Shown here: piece after piece, positions 26,806-35,930 of the stretch | Layout: every line of letters begins with the position of its first letter | Numbering within the stretch: the stretch's first letter is position 1 | Source of the DNA: a virus | Lineage: Duplodnaviria > Caudoviricetes | Length of the DNA stretch: 53,475 nt | Virus record (IMG/VR): IMGVR_UViG_3300028388_004078 | Coordinates: 1 to 53,475 of that record | Reading direction: 5' to 3' (one strand) | Notes under the pieces: generated by a model | Told to the model about the DNA's origin: nothing | Databases searched by the model: none | What the model saw: only the letters and a program-made list of their open reading frames with translations | Made by a program: the position numbers and the translations under genes

Positions 26806-27167
26806 CATCCTTTATGCCTGATTCGTAGGGCGCGGTCAATAGAAATTTTCCGCGCCCTTCTTTTTTACCAGCCTTCCCGCATGGGGCGATAATCCGACCA
26901 TTCGCCATCATAGACAGCAGCGATGCAGCCTTTCAGGAAAAGCGCCACGCTCTTGACGTTGCTTCCCGCATGGAAGCGCTCGACAGCGATCTGGCGAGCG
27001 ACACGCGCGTCGGTTCCCAGATGGAAAGGGTGCTGAACCGCCTTGCCTTCCTCGATTTCGACGGAGAGGGTGAAGGTCGAATGTGCCATGGGTGTCTCCC
27101 TTTCTGGCGAGGGCTGCGGGTGCCGCCCTTTCTGCATCCTTTATGCCTGATTCGTAGGGCGCGGTCA
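26806..27167 (-). repeat. Duplicated 34-bp early promoter (about 26806 and 27135)
   Basis: GCATCCTTTATGCCTGATTCGTAGGGCGCGGTCAA twice; minus strand reads TTGACC-17-CATAAA. Confidence 0.8.
26865..27089 (-). CDS. Early hypothetical protein
   Basis: RBS then MAHSTF. Confidence 0.6.
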   Translation of the reverse strand: MAHSTFTLSVEIEEGKAVQHPFHLGTDARVARQIAVERFHAGSNVKSVALFLKGCIAAVYDGEWSDYRPMREGW

Positions 27168-27198
27168 AAAACTATTGACCGCGCCTTACTTTTTACGG

Positions 27199-27214
27199 TG
27201 TTTCACGTGAAACA
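27199..27214. promoter_or_regulatory. parS site 1
   Basis: TGTTTCACGTGAAACA, perfect consensus. Confidence 0.85.
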
Positions 27215-27803
27215 ATGGCGTCCAGTAGCGTTTGCCAGTCTTTCGCGGGGATTGCCACGAATTGCGGCGAATTCGTCGCGGTCGCGGCGCGGGAAAGATT
27301 GACCAGAACCGCCCGCAAGCGCTCGGAGTCGTTGTGTTGCGCCTCTTGCGTTTCGATGCATTCGATTGCGACTCGGATCGTTTCCGCGATCTCTGCCCCG
27401 TCAAGGTGCGGATTCAGATGCACGTTGCCGGGTTGTGTAGACCCTAGAAGGGTCCGCAGCATGTTTGCGGTTGCGTTCAAGCGCCGACTCCGGTGCCGAT
27501 GCAGAACGCCACGCCATCCCAAAGCCATTGAACGGGGCCAGCGGTGGCGAAAAGGGTCAGGACATTTTCCGTCATCTCAAAGCGCAAGCCGGTGAGATTC
27601 AGAAAATAGGTCATTTGATCGGGCGTGATGCATTGCGGCATGTCAGACCCTCCCCAGCCGCGTCCAGCGGCGACGAGTCGGGCGATTGCGGCGGATTGCG
27701 TGGCGGGCCATGAAAGCTTTCAGAATCATTGGGTTTCCTTTCGGGTTTGGGTGATCTCAGATTAGGCGGTGCGGGCGATTCTGTCAACCGCCCGCGCCAA
27801 GTT

Positions 27804-28412
27804 TCATGCGGTGGGCGACACGTAAACCGGGCCATCCGCGCCAGCCTGAATCGGCACGTAGTCTTCGCCAGCCGTGGCGCGTGCCGAGTCCATGCCTTCG
27901 CTCAGCGCATATTCAGGCTCGCCAATGAAGCCCCAGCAAGAGTCGATCTGCTCGCCTTCGGAGTCGGTGACGGTGAAGCCGTAAACCTCGCCATTCGCCC
28001 ATGCCGAATAGGTCTTGACTTCCTGTTTCAGGATTTCCAGAACCTTGGCGCGCAATTGCGGGCTGATTCGCTTGACGCCATATTCGCGGCGCACATCTTC
28101 CCGGCTCACGTAGATGAAACCGAAAAGCCCGGAGTCCCATGGGCAATGAAAGGGATTCGACTCGGCGGCGCGGTAGCAGGTGCCGGAATGGTCATAGAGC
28201 CAGACCGGCAGGCAGATGTTTTCACGCGCGGTGGCGATGCGGCGCGCTTCCTCGGCGCTGCCATGGGGCGGGTTGTCAGGCGATGCATAGCGACCATGGA
28301 AGCCAAAGAACCGGCCAAGGTTGCACCAGTCACGCGGCGACTCGCTACCGGTGTCATAGTGAACCTCGACAGTCAGGTCGCCAACATTGCGGGTTTCGAT
28401 TGCGTCTTGCAT
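27804..28412 (-). CDS. Early protein of a phage/plasmid leading-region type
   Basis: SPRDW, LYDHSG, WDSG..GFIY, DSCWGF motifs. Confidence 0.7.
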   Translation of the reverse strand: MQDAIETRNVGDLTVEVHYDTGSESPRDWCNLGRFFGFHGRYASPDNPPHGSAEEARRIATARENICLPVWLYDHSGTCYRAAESNPFHCPWDSGLFGFIYVSREDVRREYGVKRISPQLRAKVLEILKQEVKTYSAWANGEVYGFTVTDSEGEQIDSCWGFIGEPEYALSEGMDSARATAGEDYVPIQAGADGPVYVSPTA

Positions 28413-28498
28413 TGGGTTTCCTTTCCTCTGATATGCCTTTGTAGCACATGTCGGTGCGATTCGCAAGCATAATAATTTACCATGCTTGCGAATTCAAT

Positions 28499-28699
28499 TC
28501 AGCCGATTTTCAGCAGGTCCGCAGCGGGGTTGTTTTCCAGCGCGTCCAGTTTTCGATTGACTTCATCCAAGCTAGTCGAGAATGTCCCATCCTCGGATTG
28601 AGTCCCGTCCAGCCAGTAACCGGGCTGACCGTCCACATGATCGGATTCCAGTACATAGCCCATGATGCGGGCGCGGGCGTAGGTTTGAGGCTCGGTCAT
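28499..28699 (-). CDS. Early hypothetical protein
   Basis: Own promoter and RBS. Confidence 0.6.
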   Translation of the reverse strand: MTEPQTYARARIMGYVLESDHVDGQPGYWLDGTQSEDGTFSTSLDEVNRKLDALENNPAADLLKIG

Positions 28700-28830
28700 T
28701 TTGTTTTGTCCTTGTTTAGCGTTTCAATAAGTCTTTATCGCATGGGTCGCGGCGATTCGCAAGATAAAAAATTCGCTTATCCTTTGTTTTTTGTATTGCG
28801 AATCGCGGCGGCGCGGCGTAGTGTATAGGG

Positions 28831-28900
28831 GAGGTCAGGAAAGATCGGCGGACACCGATTGAGTAAGGGGCGGGTTAGGAGTGCAGAATCCGTTCTTTTT
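28831..28900 (+). ncRNA. Repeated early small RNA, copy A
   Basis: GAGGTCAGGAAAG-hairpin-AGTA-hairpin-polyT after a promoter. Confidence 0.75.
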
Positions 28901-29066
28901 TTTTTTTTTGCGCGCGGCGCGGAACGAATCATGAACAAACGTGTCAAGCAAAAAGCGCCCCGCAAGGCGCTTTTTTTTCACAAGGCGAGTCCGATCACTA
29001 GCAAGGCATAGGTCAGGACCGCAAAGGCAATCCCGGCGCGGATTGTGCCGCGCCGGGGGTTGTCTG

Positions 29067-29975
29067 TCATGCGGCGCACTTGATATCCGCCATCTTTTCG
29101 GTCAGGTCCCACAGCGCCTGATTCAGGGCGGTGGTTTGGGCAATGCCCTTGACTTCCCGAACCTTGGCGCGGCGTGCCTTGCCATTGGTGCCGGTGATGA
29201 TTCCCCGCTGACCGCCGCGCACGGTGTTTTCTTGCACGATATTGAACGCGCTCCACAGCGTCGGAGTCTTGTCCGCCGAACGGCGCGCCCGCAGGAGGTC
29301 CAGAGGCTGGACAGGGACCGCCGACTCGTTCAGGACGGGCAGGGCGTCGGGGTTTTCCGGGTCCGCCTCATAGGCGTTGGCAAAGCGCACGCGGTGCGCA
29401 GCCTCGGCAAAGGTCAGGGCCTCGGCGCGGTCAAGCGTGATCCCCTTGAACCGCTCGACATGTTCCAGAACGCGCGGCGCGGTTTGCAGCATGTTCAGCG
29501 CCCCGTCGCGCACATCCTCGATGACGGTTTTCCCCGCGTGCCGAACGGTCACGGTGTCGAACGCTTCCCCGGTGAAAAGCCCATTGGTGCAGACAAAGCG
29601 GAAAATGCCCGCGATCATCTTATAGGCGGCGGTCCCGTCATTGGCATTGACCAGAATCACCTCGAACGCTTCCCCGGTGGTATTGGTCAGGGACCGGTGG
29701 CGCAGCCGGATCATGTGGCGCGTGTAGTCCTGTTTTCCGGGGATGCGGGTGCGGGCCTGTTGCGCCATCACGGGCATGAAATCGGCGGCGCGCAAGCCGT
29801 CCAGAACGTTGACGGTCGGGATGGGCACAAAGCGGTCGGAACGCGACTCGTGGGCCTCGGTGGCGAAAAGCGACGGCACGGCGCGCTGCAATTCGTCATT
29901 GGAAAGCGGGGTTGCGCCATCCCAAAAGATGTTGCCGCCGTTGCTCATGCCATTCATGTAACGATTGTAAGCCAT
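29067..29975 (-). CDS. DUF932/DUF945 family protein
   Basis: HESRSDRF..IPT, HMIRLR, NANDG, FRFVCTNG, FNIVQEN, LNQALW motifs. Confidence 0.85.
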   Translation of the reverse strand: MAYNRYMNGMSNGGNIFWDGATPLSNDELQRAVPSLFATEAHESRSDRFVPIPTVNVLDGLRAADFMPVMAQQARTRIPGKQDYTRHMIRLRHRSLTNTTGEAFEVILVNANDGTAAYKMIAGIFRFVCTNGLFTGEAFDTVTVRHAGKTVIEDVRDGALNMLQTAPRVLEHVERFKGITLDRAEALTFAEAAHRVRFANAYEADPENPDALPVLNESAVPVQPLDLLRARRSADKTPTLWSAFNIVQENTVRGGQRGIITGTNGKARRAKVREVKGIAQTTALNQALWDLTEKMADIKCAA

Positions 29976-30121
29976 AGTCTTGAACCTCTCAGGTTTGTGG
30001 GGTTGCCCCCGTTTCGGTAAGTATGTTTTCGCATAGGGCGCAGTGATTCGCAACACAAAAAACAGGTCAAACAAAACTTTTTTCTCTTGCGAATCGCACA
30101 ACGGTCGGCTAGGTTGAATGT

Positions 30122-30182
30122 GAGGTCAGGAAAGCCTAGCCATGGCGAGTAGGGGACGGGTTAGGAGTGTGGGGTCTGTCTT
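30122..30182 (+). ncRNA. Repeated early small RNA, copy B
   Basis: Same motif and promoter spacing as copy A. Confidence 0.75.
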
Positions 30183-30195
30183 GACGTTGGGGAAC

Positions 30196-30266
30196 AAAAA
30201 GAGAACGGATTCCGCTCTCTTAAACCGTCCCATACTTGGCGCGGGCGGCGCGCCTTTCCTGACCTC
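30196..30266 (-). ncRNA. Repeated early small RNA, copy C (convergent with B)
   Basis: Same motif; TTGACA-18-TAAGGT promoter; T-run at 3' end. Confidence 0.75.
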
Positions 30267-30321
30267 ACATATACCTTAGAACGATTCGGGCAGCGGTGTC
30301 AATAATAATTTACCGATACCT

Positions 30322-30337
30322 TGTTTCACGTGAAACA
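30322..30337. promoter_or_regulatory. parS site 2
   Basis: TGTTTCACGTGAAACA. Confidence 0.85.
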
Positions 30338-30399
30338 TTGGCGGGGCGGTCCTATCTCGGTCGAAACGAGTCTGGATATACGCCCCGCCGTGCCCGCCG

Positions 30400-30726
30400 T
30401 TAGGCGGGATGCGTGCCCGAGTCGCCAATGGCGATGACTCGGCCCTTGTTGAACGCGAAACCTTTCTTGCCTTCCGCGTTTCCATCGGTCGCGGGATAGT
30501 CGAAAAACACGTTGCCATTGTCACGCAACGCTTGCGAGGCAATCGCGCCACGCTCGCCGCCGACGCGCCGCTTGTAAACTTTCGGCATGCCGACGCGAGT
30601 CGTCACGGTGCCGTCTTTCTTGGCGAAAGAGACTTTCGTGATCTGCGCGCCGCGCGCGGCAAGCTCAGCGTCCACGACGCTTTGCGGCAGGAATGCGATC
30701 AGCGCGGAGTCGATATTGCGGGCCAT
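30400..30726 (-). CDS. Early protein, SH3/WYL-like beta barrel
   Basis: VSFAKKDGT..TR motif. Confidence 0.6.
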   Translation of the reverse strand: MARNIDSALIAFLPQSVVDAELAARGAQITKVSFAKKDGTVTTRVGMPKVYKRRVGGERGAIASQALRDNGNVFFDYPATDGNAEGKKGFAFNKGRVIAIGDSGTHPA

Positions 30727-30833
30727 GGGTTTGATCCTTTCGGGTTGCTGCACCTTCGGTGCGTTTCGGTGAGTCTGTTATGCCATGCGGCGGGGCGATT
30801 CGCAATAGTTTTTTCGCCCCGCCTTGCGTTTTT

Positions 30834-30974
30834 CTAGCGGTGTTTTCCGCCAGACTCGAACGCGCGCCGCTTGGCTTTCGCGCGCCTTGCCTCGCGCCGC
30901 TTGGCTTGCACGCCGTCACGGTCGCGCTTGCGGTCGCGGTTTTCGTGCTTTTCGTTTTTCCAGTCTTTGCCCAT
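30834..30974 (-). CDS. 46-aa highly basic peptide
   Basis: Manual translation MGKDWKNEKHENRDRKRDRDGVQAKRREARRAKAKRRAFESGGKHR; RBS AAAGGTGAG. Confidence 0.6.
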   Translation of the reverse strand: MGKDWKNEKHENRDRKRDRDGVQAKRREARRAKAKRRAFESGGKHR

Positions 30975-31084
30975 TGTCTCACCTTTCTGCGCTTTGATGC
31001 GCTGGGGTTTGCGGGGCGAATCGCCCCGCGTTTGAATTTAGAAATGACCTAACGCGATGTAAAGCGCGATCAGGATTCCGAGTG

Positions 31085-31873
31085 TCACGATTGAGATGCC
31101 TGACTCCTTTTCTGGAATGCGTCAATCTTGGCCTTGACGCCATGGGCCGGGATGAAAACGCTTGCCTTGTTCGGGCTGGAATTGCCGCCGCATGCGAGGC
31201 AAGCCGCGCAATCGGTTTTCTTGCCCGCCGCGTCCGACGCGGGGCAAAGGAATTCGCGGCCTTTGACCAGCGACTCGGCGGGCGTGCCGACTCGGAATGT
31301 CCGGTATCCCATGGCTTGCGCGGCGATTGCCTCACAAGGCGAGTCCGCGCTCGCCATGCAATAGCGGGCGAATTCGGGCGAACAAAACGACTCGCGCCAT
31401 TGATGCGTGTATCCGGTGCAGCGCCCCGCGTCCGCCAGCAATTCCGCCCAAACGTCGAAAGGAACGGCGGCGGGGTCGCCATAGGTGCCGAGTCGCACGC
31501 TCAGACCCGCCAGCAATGCCGCGCCGTCCGCGCCAAGCGCGACAGGATACTTGCCCGCCGCGTTGTGCTTATAGACGTTCAACGGGCCTTGAAAGACCAG
31601 CACATAGCAGGAACGATTCACGTTCTGCGATGCGCGCCCATCTTTGCCCGGTGTCACGATATCGCCCCGGTGCTGACAATTGCCGCAGATGGAATAATCC
31701 GCGCCGGTGTGAATCGCGTCAACCGGGCTGATATCGGTGCGGATGATATAGGTTTGCACCATGTGACCGGTTTTGCGATTCTGCGATTTGGCCTTGATGC
31801 CGGTCGCGATCAGCGCAATGGGCGCGCCGTCGATCTGCGACGGGCCTTCCCAGAGTTTAACAGAGTTTGCCAT
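31085..31873 (-). CDS. Cys-rich phage protein (possible Fe-S/radical-SAM-like)
   Basis: NRKTG.MVQTYI, ICGNC, CYV, RLGTYGDP, GYTHQW, ASADS, CPA..CAACLAC. Confidence 0.65.
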   Translation of the reverse strand: MANSVKLWEGPSQIDGAPIALIATGIKAKSQNRKTGHMVQTYIIRTDISPVDAIHTGADYSICGNCQHRGDIVTPGKDGRASQNVNRSCYVLVFQGPLNVYKHNAAGKYPVALGADGAALLAGLSVRLGTYGDPAAVPFDVWAELLADAGRCTGYTHQWRESFCSPEFARYCMASADSPCEAIAAQAMGYRTFRVGTPAESLVKGREFLCPASDAAGKKTDCAACLACGGNSSPNKASVFIPAHGVKAKIDAFQKRSQASQS

Positions 31874-32046
31874 GGGTTTTCCTTTCTGGCGTTGCGGTGA
31901 TTCCTTTCTCGCATATGCCACGCCGGGATGCAAGCGAAAAAATTTTGCGCAAGCTTGCTTTTTTCTCTTGCGAATCGCTTTGCCCGGTGTCATACATAGA
32001 TCACCGAAACGGCAAACAACGCCAAAACCCAAAGGAGACTTTACAC

Positions 32047-32364
32047 ATGACGACTCAGACCCACGGTTTCGACCTTTCCACGCTCGACCCCGCCGCGCTG
32101 GAAGCGCTCGCCGCCGATGCGGCGAAACTCGCCCCGAAGGTGCAGAAGGAACGGCTGGAAGCCGCCCGCGCCGCCGCGCTGGAAGTGATCGAGTCCCACG
32201 GTTTCACCTTGCGCGACGTGTTCCCGAACGCCAAGCGCGTGACGCCCGCCGCGCCGAAATTCCGCCATCCCGACGACGAGTCGCAAACGTGGTCCGGGCG
32301 CGGTCGCAAGCCGGTTTGGCTTGTCGATCTGGAAGCCGCAGGCGGCGCGCCGGTCGCGATCTAA
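32047..32364 (+). CDS. hns: H-NS family nucleoid protein (HvrA-like)
   Basis: PKFRHP..TWSGRGRKPVW signature. Confidence 0.9.
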   Translation: MTTQTHGFDLSTLDPAALEALAADAAKLAPKVQKERLEAARAAALEVIESHGFTLRDVFPNAKRVTPAAPKFRHPDDESQTWSGRGRKPVWLVDLEAAGGAPVAI

Positions 32365-32387
32365 GGCGCGCCACAGAACAAAGGAAA

Positions 32388-32418
32388 GGCCCGCCTTGCA
32401 TGTGCAAGGCGGGTCTTT
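32388..32418 (+). terminator. Intrinsic terminator after hns
   Basis: GGCCCGCCTTGCA-tg-TGCAAGGCGGGTC followed by TTT. Confidence 0.7.
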
Positions 32419-32428
32419 GTGAATGCGT

Positions 32429-32444
32429 TGTTTCACGTGAAACA
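32429..32444. promoter_or_regulatory. parS site 3
   Basis: (T)TGTTTCACGTGAAACA(A). Confidence 0.85.
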
Positions 32445-32517
32445 AGCCTGCGCAAATTTTCTATTGACCGCGCCGCGCGAATCGTGCAAGGTAAGGCATA
32501 GCAAGAAAGGAAACCCG

Positions 32518-32748
32518 ATGGAAACCGCAGCACAAGCAAAAGCCCGCCTTGACGCCCAAATTGCCTATGGCAAATGGAACGTCGCAGGAACCACCCGCCG
32601 TTTGCGGGAAGCGCAATTGCGCGAAATGTCCCCCGCCCGCCGTGCCCTTTCCATCGCCACAGAAAAGGCGATTGATTGCGTGATGTTTTGCGCGGGCTGG
32701 GCATTGTTCGCCGCGTTTGCGTGGTATGGGATCGGGGGGCTTTTCTAA
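32518..32748 (+). CDS. Small protein with C-terminal membrane helix
   Basis: RBS then METAAQ. Confidence 0.6.
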   Translation: METAAQAKARLDAQIAYGKWNVAGTTRRLREAQLREMSPARRALSIATEKAIDCVMFCAGWALFAAFAWYGIGGLF

Positions 32749-32981
32749 TGCTGATACCCGAACAAACAACCCGCAACGCAATCCGGGCGGGTGACGTGAT
32801 AGAGCACAACGGGCGAGTCGTCACGTTGTGCGCACGTGATATCCGCCGGGATTCATTCATGGGAGTCACCATACGGGGCGAGTCCTACATGCTGGGGCGC
32901 AAGCCTGTTATCCGGTTGCGCCCATATCGGACGCCACAGGGGGCAGCGTGCCCGCAATGCGTGAACGAGGGCAAGGGATAG
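32748..32981 (+). CDS. Small conserved-type phage protein
   Basis: IRAGDVIEHNG..TLC..DI..DSFMG.TI.G.SY.LG. Confidence 0.65.
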   Translation: MLIPEQTTRNAIRAGDVIEHNGRVVTLCARDIRRDSFMGVTIRGESYMLGRKPVIRLRPYRTPQGAACPQCVNEGKG

Positions 32982-33160
32982 GGCTTGACGAATCGCGCCC
33001 CGAGCGATACGTTGAGTCATGGCGCAGGATAGCACGCGGAGTCGTGCCGTTACTGTAAGCGGGTGCTGGTCACCTAGCGCGGTGCGAGGCTGAAATGTCT
33101 GATCTGTAAGCCGCCAAATTAGCCCTTGCGAATCACCGGGCAATGTCCTAATCTGAATGT

Positions 33161-33225
33161 GAGGTCAGGAAAGCGCGGCGGACACCGGGCAAGTAGGGGA
33201 CGGTTTAGGAGAGCAGACTCTGTCT
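33161..33225 (+). ncRNA. Repeated early small RNA, copy D
   Basis: Same motif; TTGCGA-17-TAATCT promoter. Confidence 0.75.
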
Positions 33226-33310
33226 ATCTACAAAAGGTTAACGAAAGCTTTCTCGCCAGATTTTTTGATGGGGCGGGCGCGCTCCAGACAAAAACGGCGC
33301 GCGCGCTATA

Positions 33311-33480
33311 GAAAAAATGAGAAAACGTAAAAACGGCTGATCGTCAAAACGAGCGATCACCAGAACGAGCGTGCGTATTAAAAAATGAGAAAACGTAAAA
33401 ACGACGGATCGTCAAAACGCGAGATCGTCAAAACAAAAATGAGAAATAGTCAAAATAAAAATGCGATCCCGTCAAAACTG
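33311..33480. repeat. A-tract repeat array
   Basis: AAAAATGAGAAAACGTAAAAACG twice plus a variant; CGTCAAAAC four times. Confidence 0.8.
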
Positions 33481-33983
33481 CGTTTCACCAGTTCTGAAAC
33501 GAAAGCTGGGCGCGGCTCGGCTTAGGCGTGATGGGTCATATATGACCCCTAAAGCGGTGTGAGATGCCATAAATGACTCATTGAGGCCCGCTACGCGGGC
33601 TTCTCCCAGTTCGCCAAGCAGCGCGAGCTTTCGCGCCCCTCGGCGTGACAGTGATAAATATAAAAAATACGCTCCCGTCAAAACTCGTTGCAGTCGTTTT
33701 GAAACAAAAACCCCACCAGTATATAACTGGCGGGGCGTTCCATTTGATCTTCTGCTTTTTGCTCAAAAGTAAAGCCAAGCTCATGGCTCTGATGCACCTT
33801 ATATAACCGATTCGTGCTGGTTTGTTAAGAGATTCTTTATCTTAATGCTCGTTTTCAGAGGCAAAAAGGGGTGCTCCCCGCCGCTCGACCAGAGTGTCTG
33901 GGAGCAGGACCGCGTAAGCGGTCGCGTGGCGGGGAGCGGTTTTGCCGCACAGGAAACCCAAAACCCTGCGGCATGAGAGGAAC

Positions 33984-34367
33984 CTACTTCACCTCTCGAA
34001 CCATGTCAAGCTTAAATATCTCCTGCGTCTTCTCGGGCAGCCAGTGCGGGTCAAGTTGCGGAAAGTCCCGCCTGTGCGAGAGCATGGACGGGTTGCGTGT
34101 CTTGTCTCTGGGATCGACCCAGCGGTGTACCAGCTTCTCAAGAGAGAGCACCAGCAGCGCTACATGGCGCGGTACAGGCTTGAGACCACGGCACCAGTGC
34201 TCGACTGTTGTACGGTTGAAGCCCGCGTAGCGGGAGAAGCCTTCGATGCCCTTACGGTGGCCCCAGATGGACTCGATGGCGATCAGCATGTCCTCGGGCC
34301 ACATGTAGCCGATCTTGCGGCCTTGGTTATCGACATGCCACCATTCTGGATTCTTGCGGCCTACCAC
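33984..34367 (-). CDS. HTH DNA-binding protein
   Basis: FSRYAGFNRTTVEHWCRG.KPVP. Confidence 0.65.
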   Translation of the reverse strand: MVGRKNPEWWHVDNQGRKIGYMWPEDMLIAIESIWGHRKGIEGFSRYAGFNRTTVEHWCRGLKPVPRHVALLVLSLEKLVHRWVDPRDKTRNPSMLSHRRDFPQLDPHWLPEKTQEIFKLDMVREVK

Positions 34368-34653
34368 CCAGCACCTACCTGATCATCAATCGCGTTAGTA
34401 AGGAGGCTTTCATAGACTACGTAACTCTGGCTCTCTCGCCACGCGCCTTCTTCGCTGTACGTCTTGTACCGAAATTTATACCCCTCGAAGAAAGCTTTCT
34501 TGATATACTCCGCCATTTTCCTGCAATTCATGTCATACCCATATTTAGATTCATCGGGTCCCTATACAAAATAATAGGGTCCCTGTCAAGTCGGGAGACA
34601 GGGACCCTTGGATGGGACTAAGGTCCCGCCGGGTATTGAATGTTTATGGGTCC

Positions 34654-34884
34654 CTACAATGTAATCGCAGCTTCCATTTCTTCTTGGGTCAGTCCCAAGC
34701 GTCCTGCCTCGTTTCCCTGTGCGTGTAGGAATATTTCCGGCGGTGCATCGGGATGGTCGTCCATGCAGTTCATCTGCCACTGCCCCATGTAGGCTCCATA
34801 TTCATCCCACACCATGCGATGGGACAGGGCGCCAAAGTCTTGCTCATATCCGGTCGGGGTTTTTACGATGTCAGGTTCGTCCAT
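34654..34884 (-). CDS. Hypothetical protein
   Basis: RBS AGGAGG then MDEPD. Confidence 0.6.
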   Translation of the reverse strand: MDEPDIVKTPTGYEQDFGALSHRMVWDEYGAYMGQWQMNCMDDHPDAPPEIFLHAQGNEAGRLGLTQEEMEAAITL

Positions 34885-35930
34885 GTTAATCCTCCTTTTT
34901 TGCTTAACCTTACATCGCATGATTCGCGCTCAGTGTCAACACGCTACAGCGTAAAAAGTCACGTTCTGACCAGCGGTCTCCCGATAAATTTTATGCAGTT
35001 TGTTAATAAATAGGTATACCGGCAAGTGAATCAGGCTGGGTCCCTAGAAAATCAACATCTAAGGAAAGCGAATCGTGCTTTGGCAATGAAAGCAGGCTGA
35101 AATCAGGTTGGTTCGAGAATTATCTCGTAAGGAACAGCGTCAGTAATCCACCTTGGCTGATTGATGCCCTTAAAAATAATGGCATCTTTGCCTTTACCGA
35201 AATAGTCAGACATCAAAAAGCATCTTCGATATCTCCAGAATTCGGGTTGATGGCAGTGACCCGCGTAGCGGGGATTTTTGGAAAGCTTGGCATGATTCCC
35301 TCCTACTGATTCTGTGAGACCAGTATAGGCCCCGTCAGGGGCTTCTACAAGTCCAAATATGACGTTTCAGACAAATTGTCACGTGAAAAATCGAGATGTG
35401 ACAAAAGATATTTAGCAAAATCAGTTAGTTATATGTTCACCCGATTCTGGTATTGTAATTCGTGACCCGCCCGGCGAATCAACTCAGGTGGGTACCCAAA
35501 TTGTCACATCTGAGATTCGGCTAGAACGAATCAGTTTGTGGCGCGTCCCCGAGAAAAAATAAAGATCGACCGACGAAAACGCAGGGCGGGAAAATTACCG
35601 TGATCTTAATTTTTCGCGTGGCTGCTGGGATACCTTGGTATTCTGTTGGAGAAAATGGTAGAGCTACTGGCGATCTTAATGATATCTCAGAGACTCAGAC
35701 TTTTCTCCGGCTGCTACAGACCCTTTTCACATTCCCCCTACCCTGCATTTGGAATCCGTTGGATCCCGGAAAAAAGACCCGGTATATTTCAACCGGGCCA
35801 GTTTGAAGGAGGAACACCAGATAGCCTATCTGGTGAAATATGTGTACCACAAATTGTCATATCTTGTCAAGCGATTTGGGGTTGACGGGTCACAGCGAAT
35901 CGGCTAGATGTAAGGCAGCGGTAAATTTAT

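Noticed and set aside
28831-28900. Hammerhead ribozyme or SRP RNA identity for the repeated small RNA
   Set aside because: No CUGANGA core on either strand; TCAGG is present but the SRP GGAA-loop and AGCAG helix is not.
28941-30020. Long antisense ORFs (this one, 31082-31900, 37286-38290, 18582-19229 and similar)
   Set aside because: Shadow frames of well-supported genes on the opposite strand in GC-rich DNA.
33311-33480. CRISPR array
   Set aside because: Repeats are short, irregularly spaced A-tracts without unique spacers; no cas genes.
35375-35391. Fourth parS site
   Set aside because: TTGTCACGTGAAAAA has several mismatches to the consensus.
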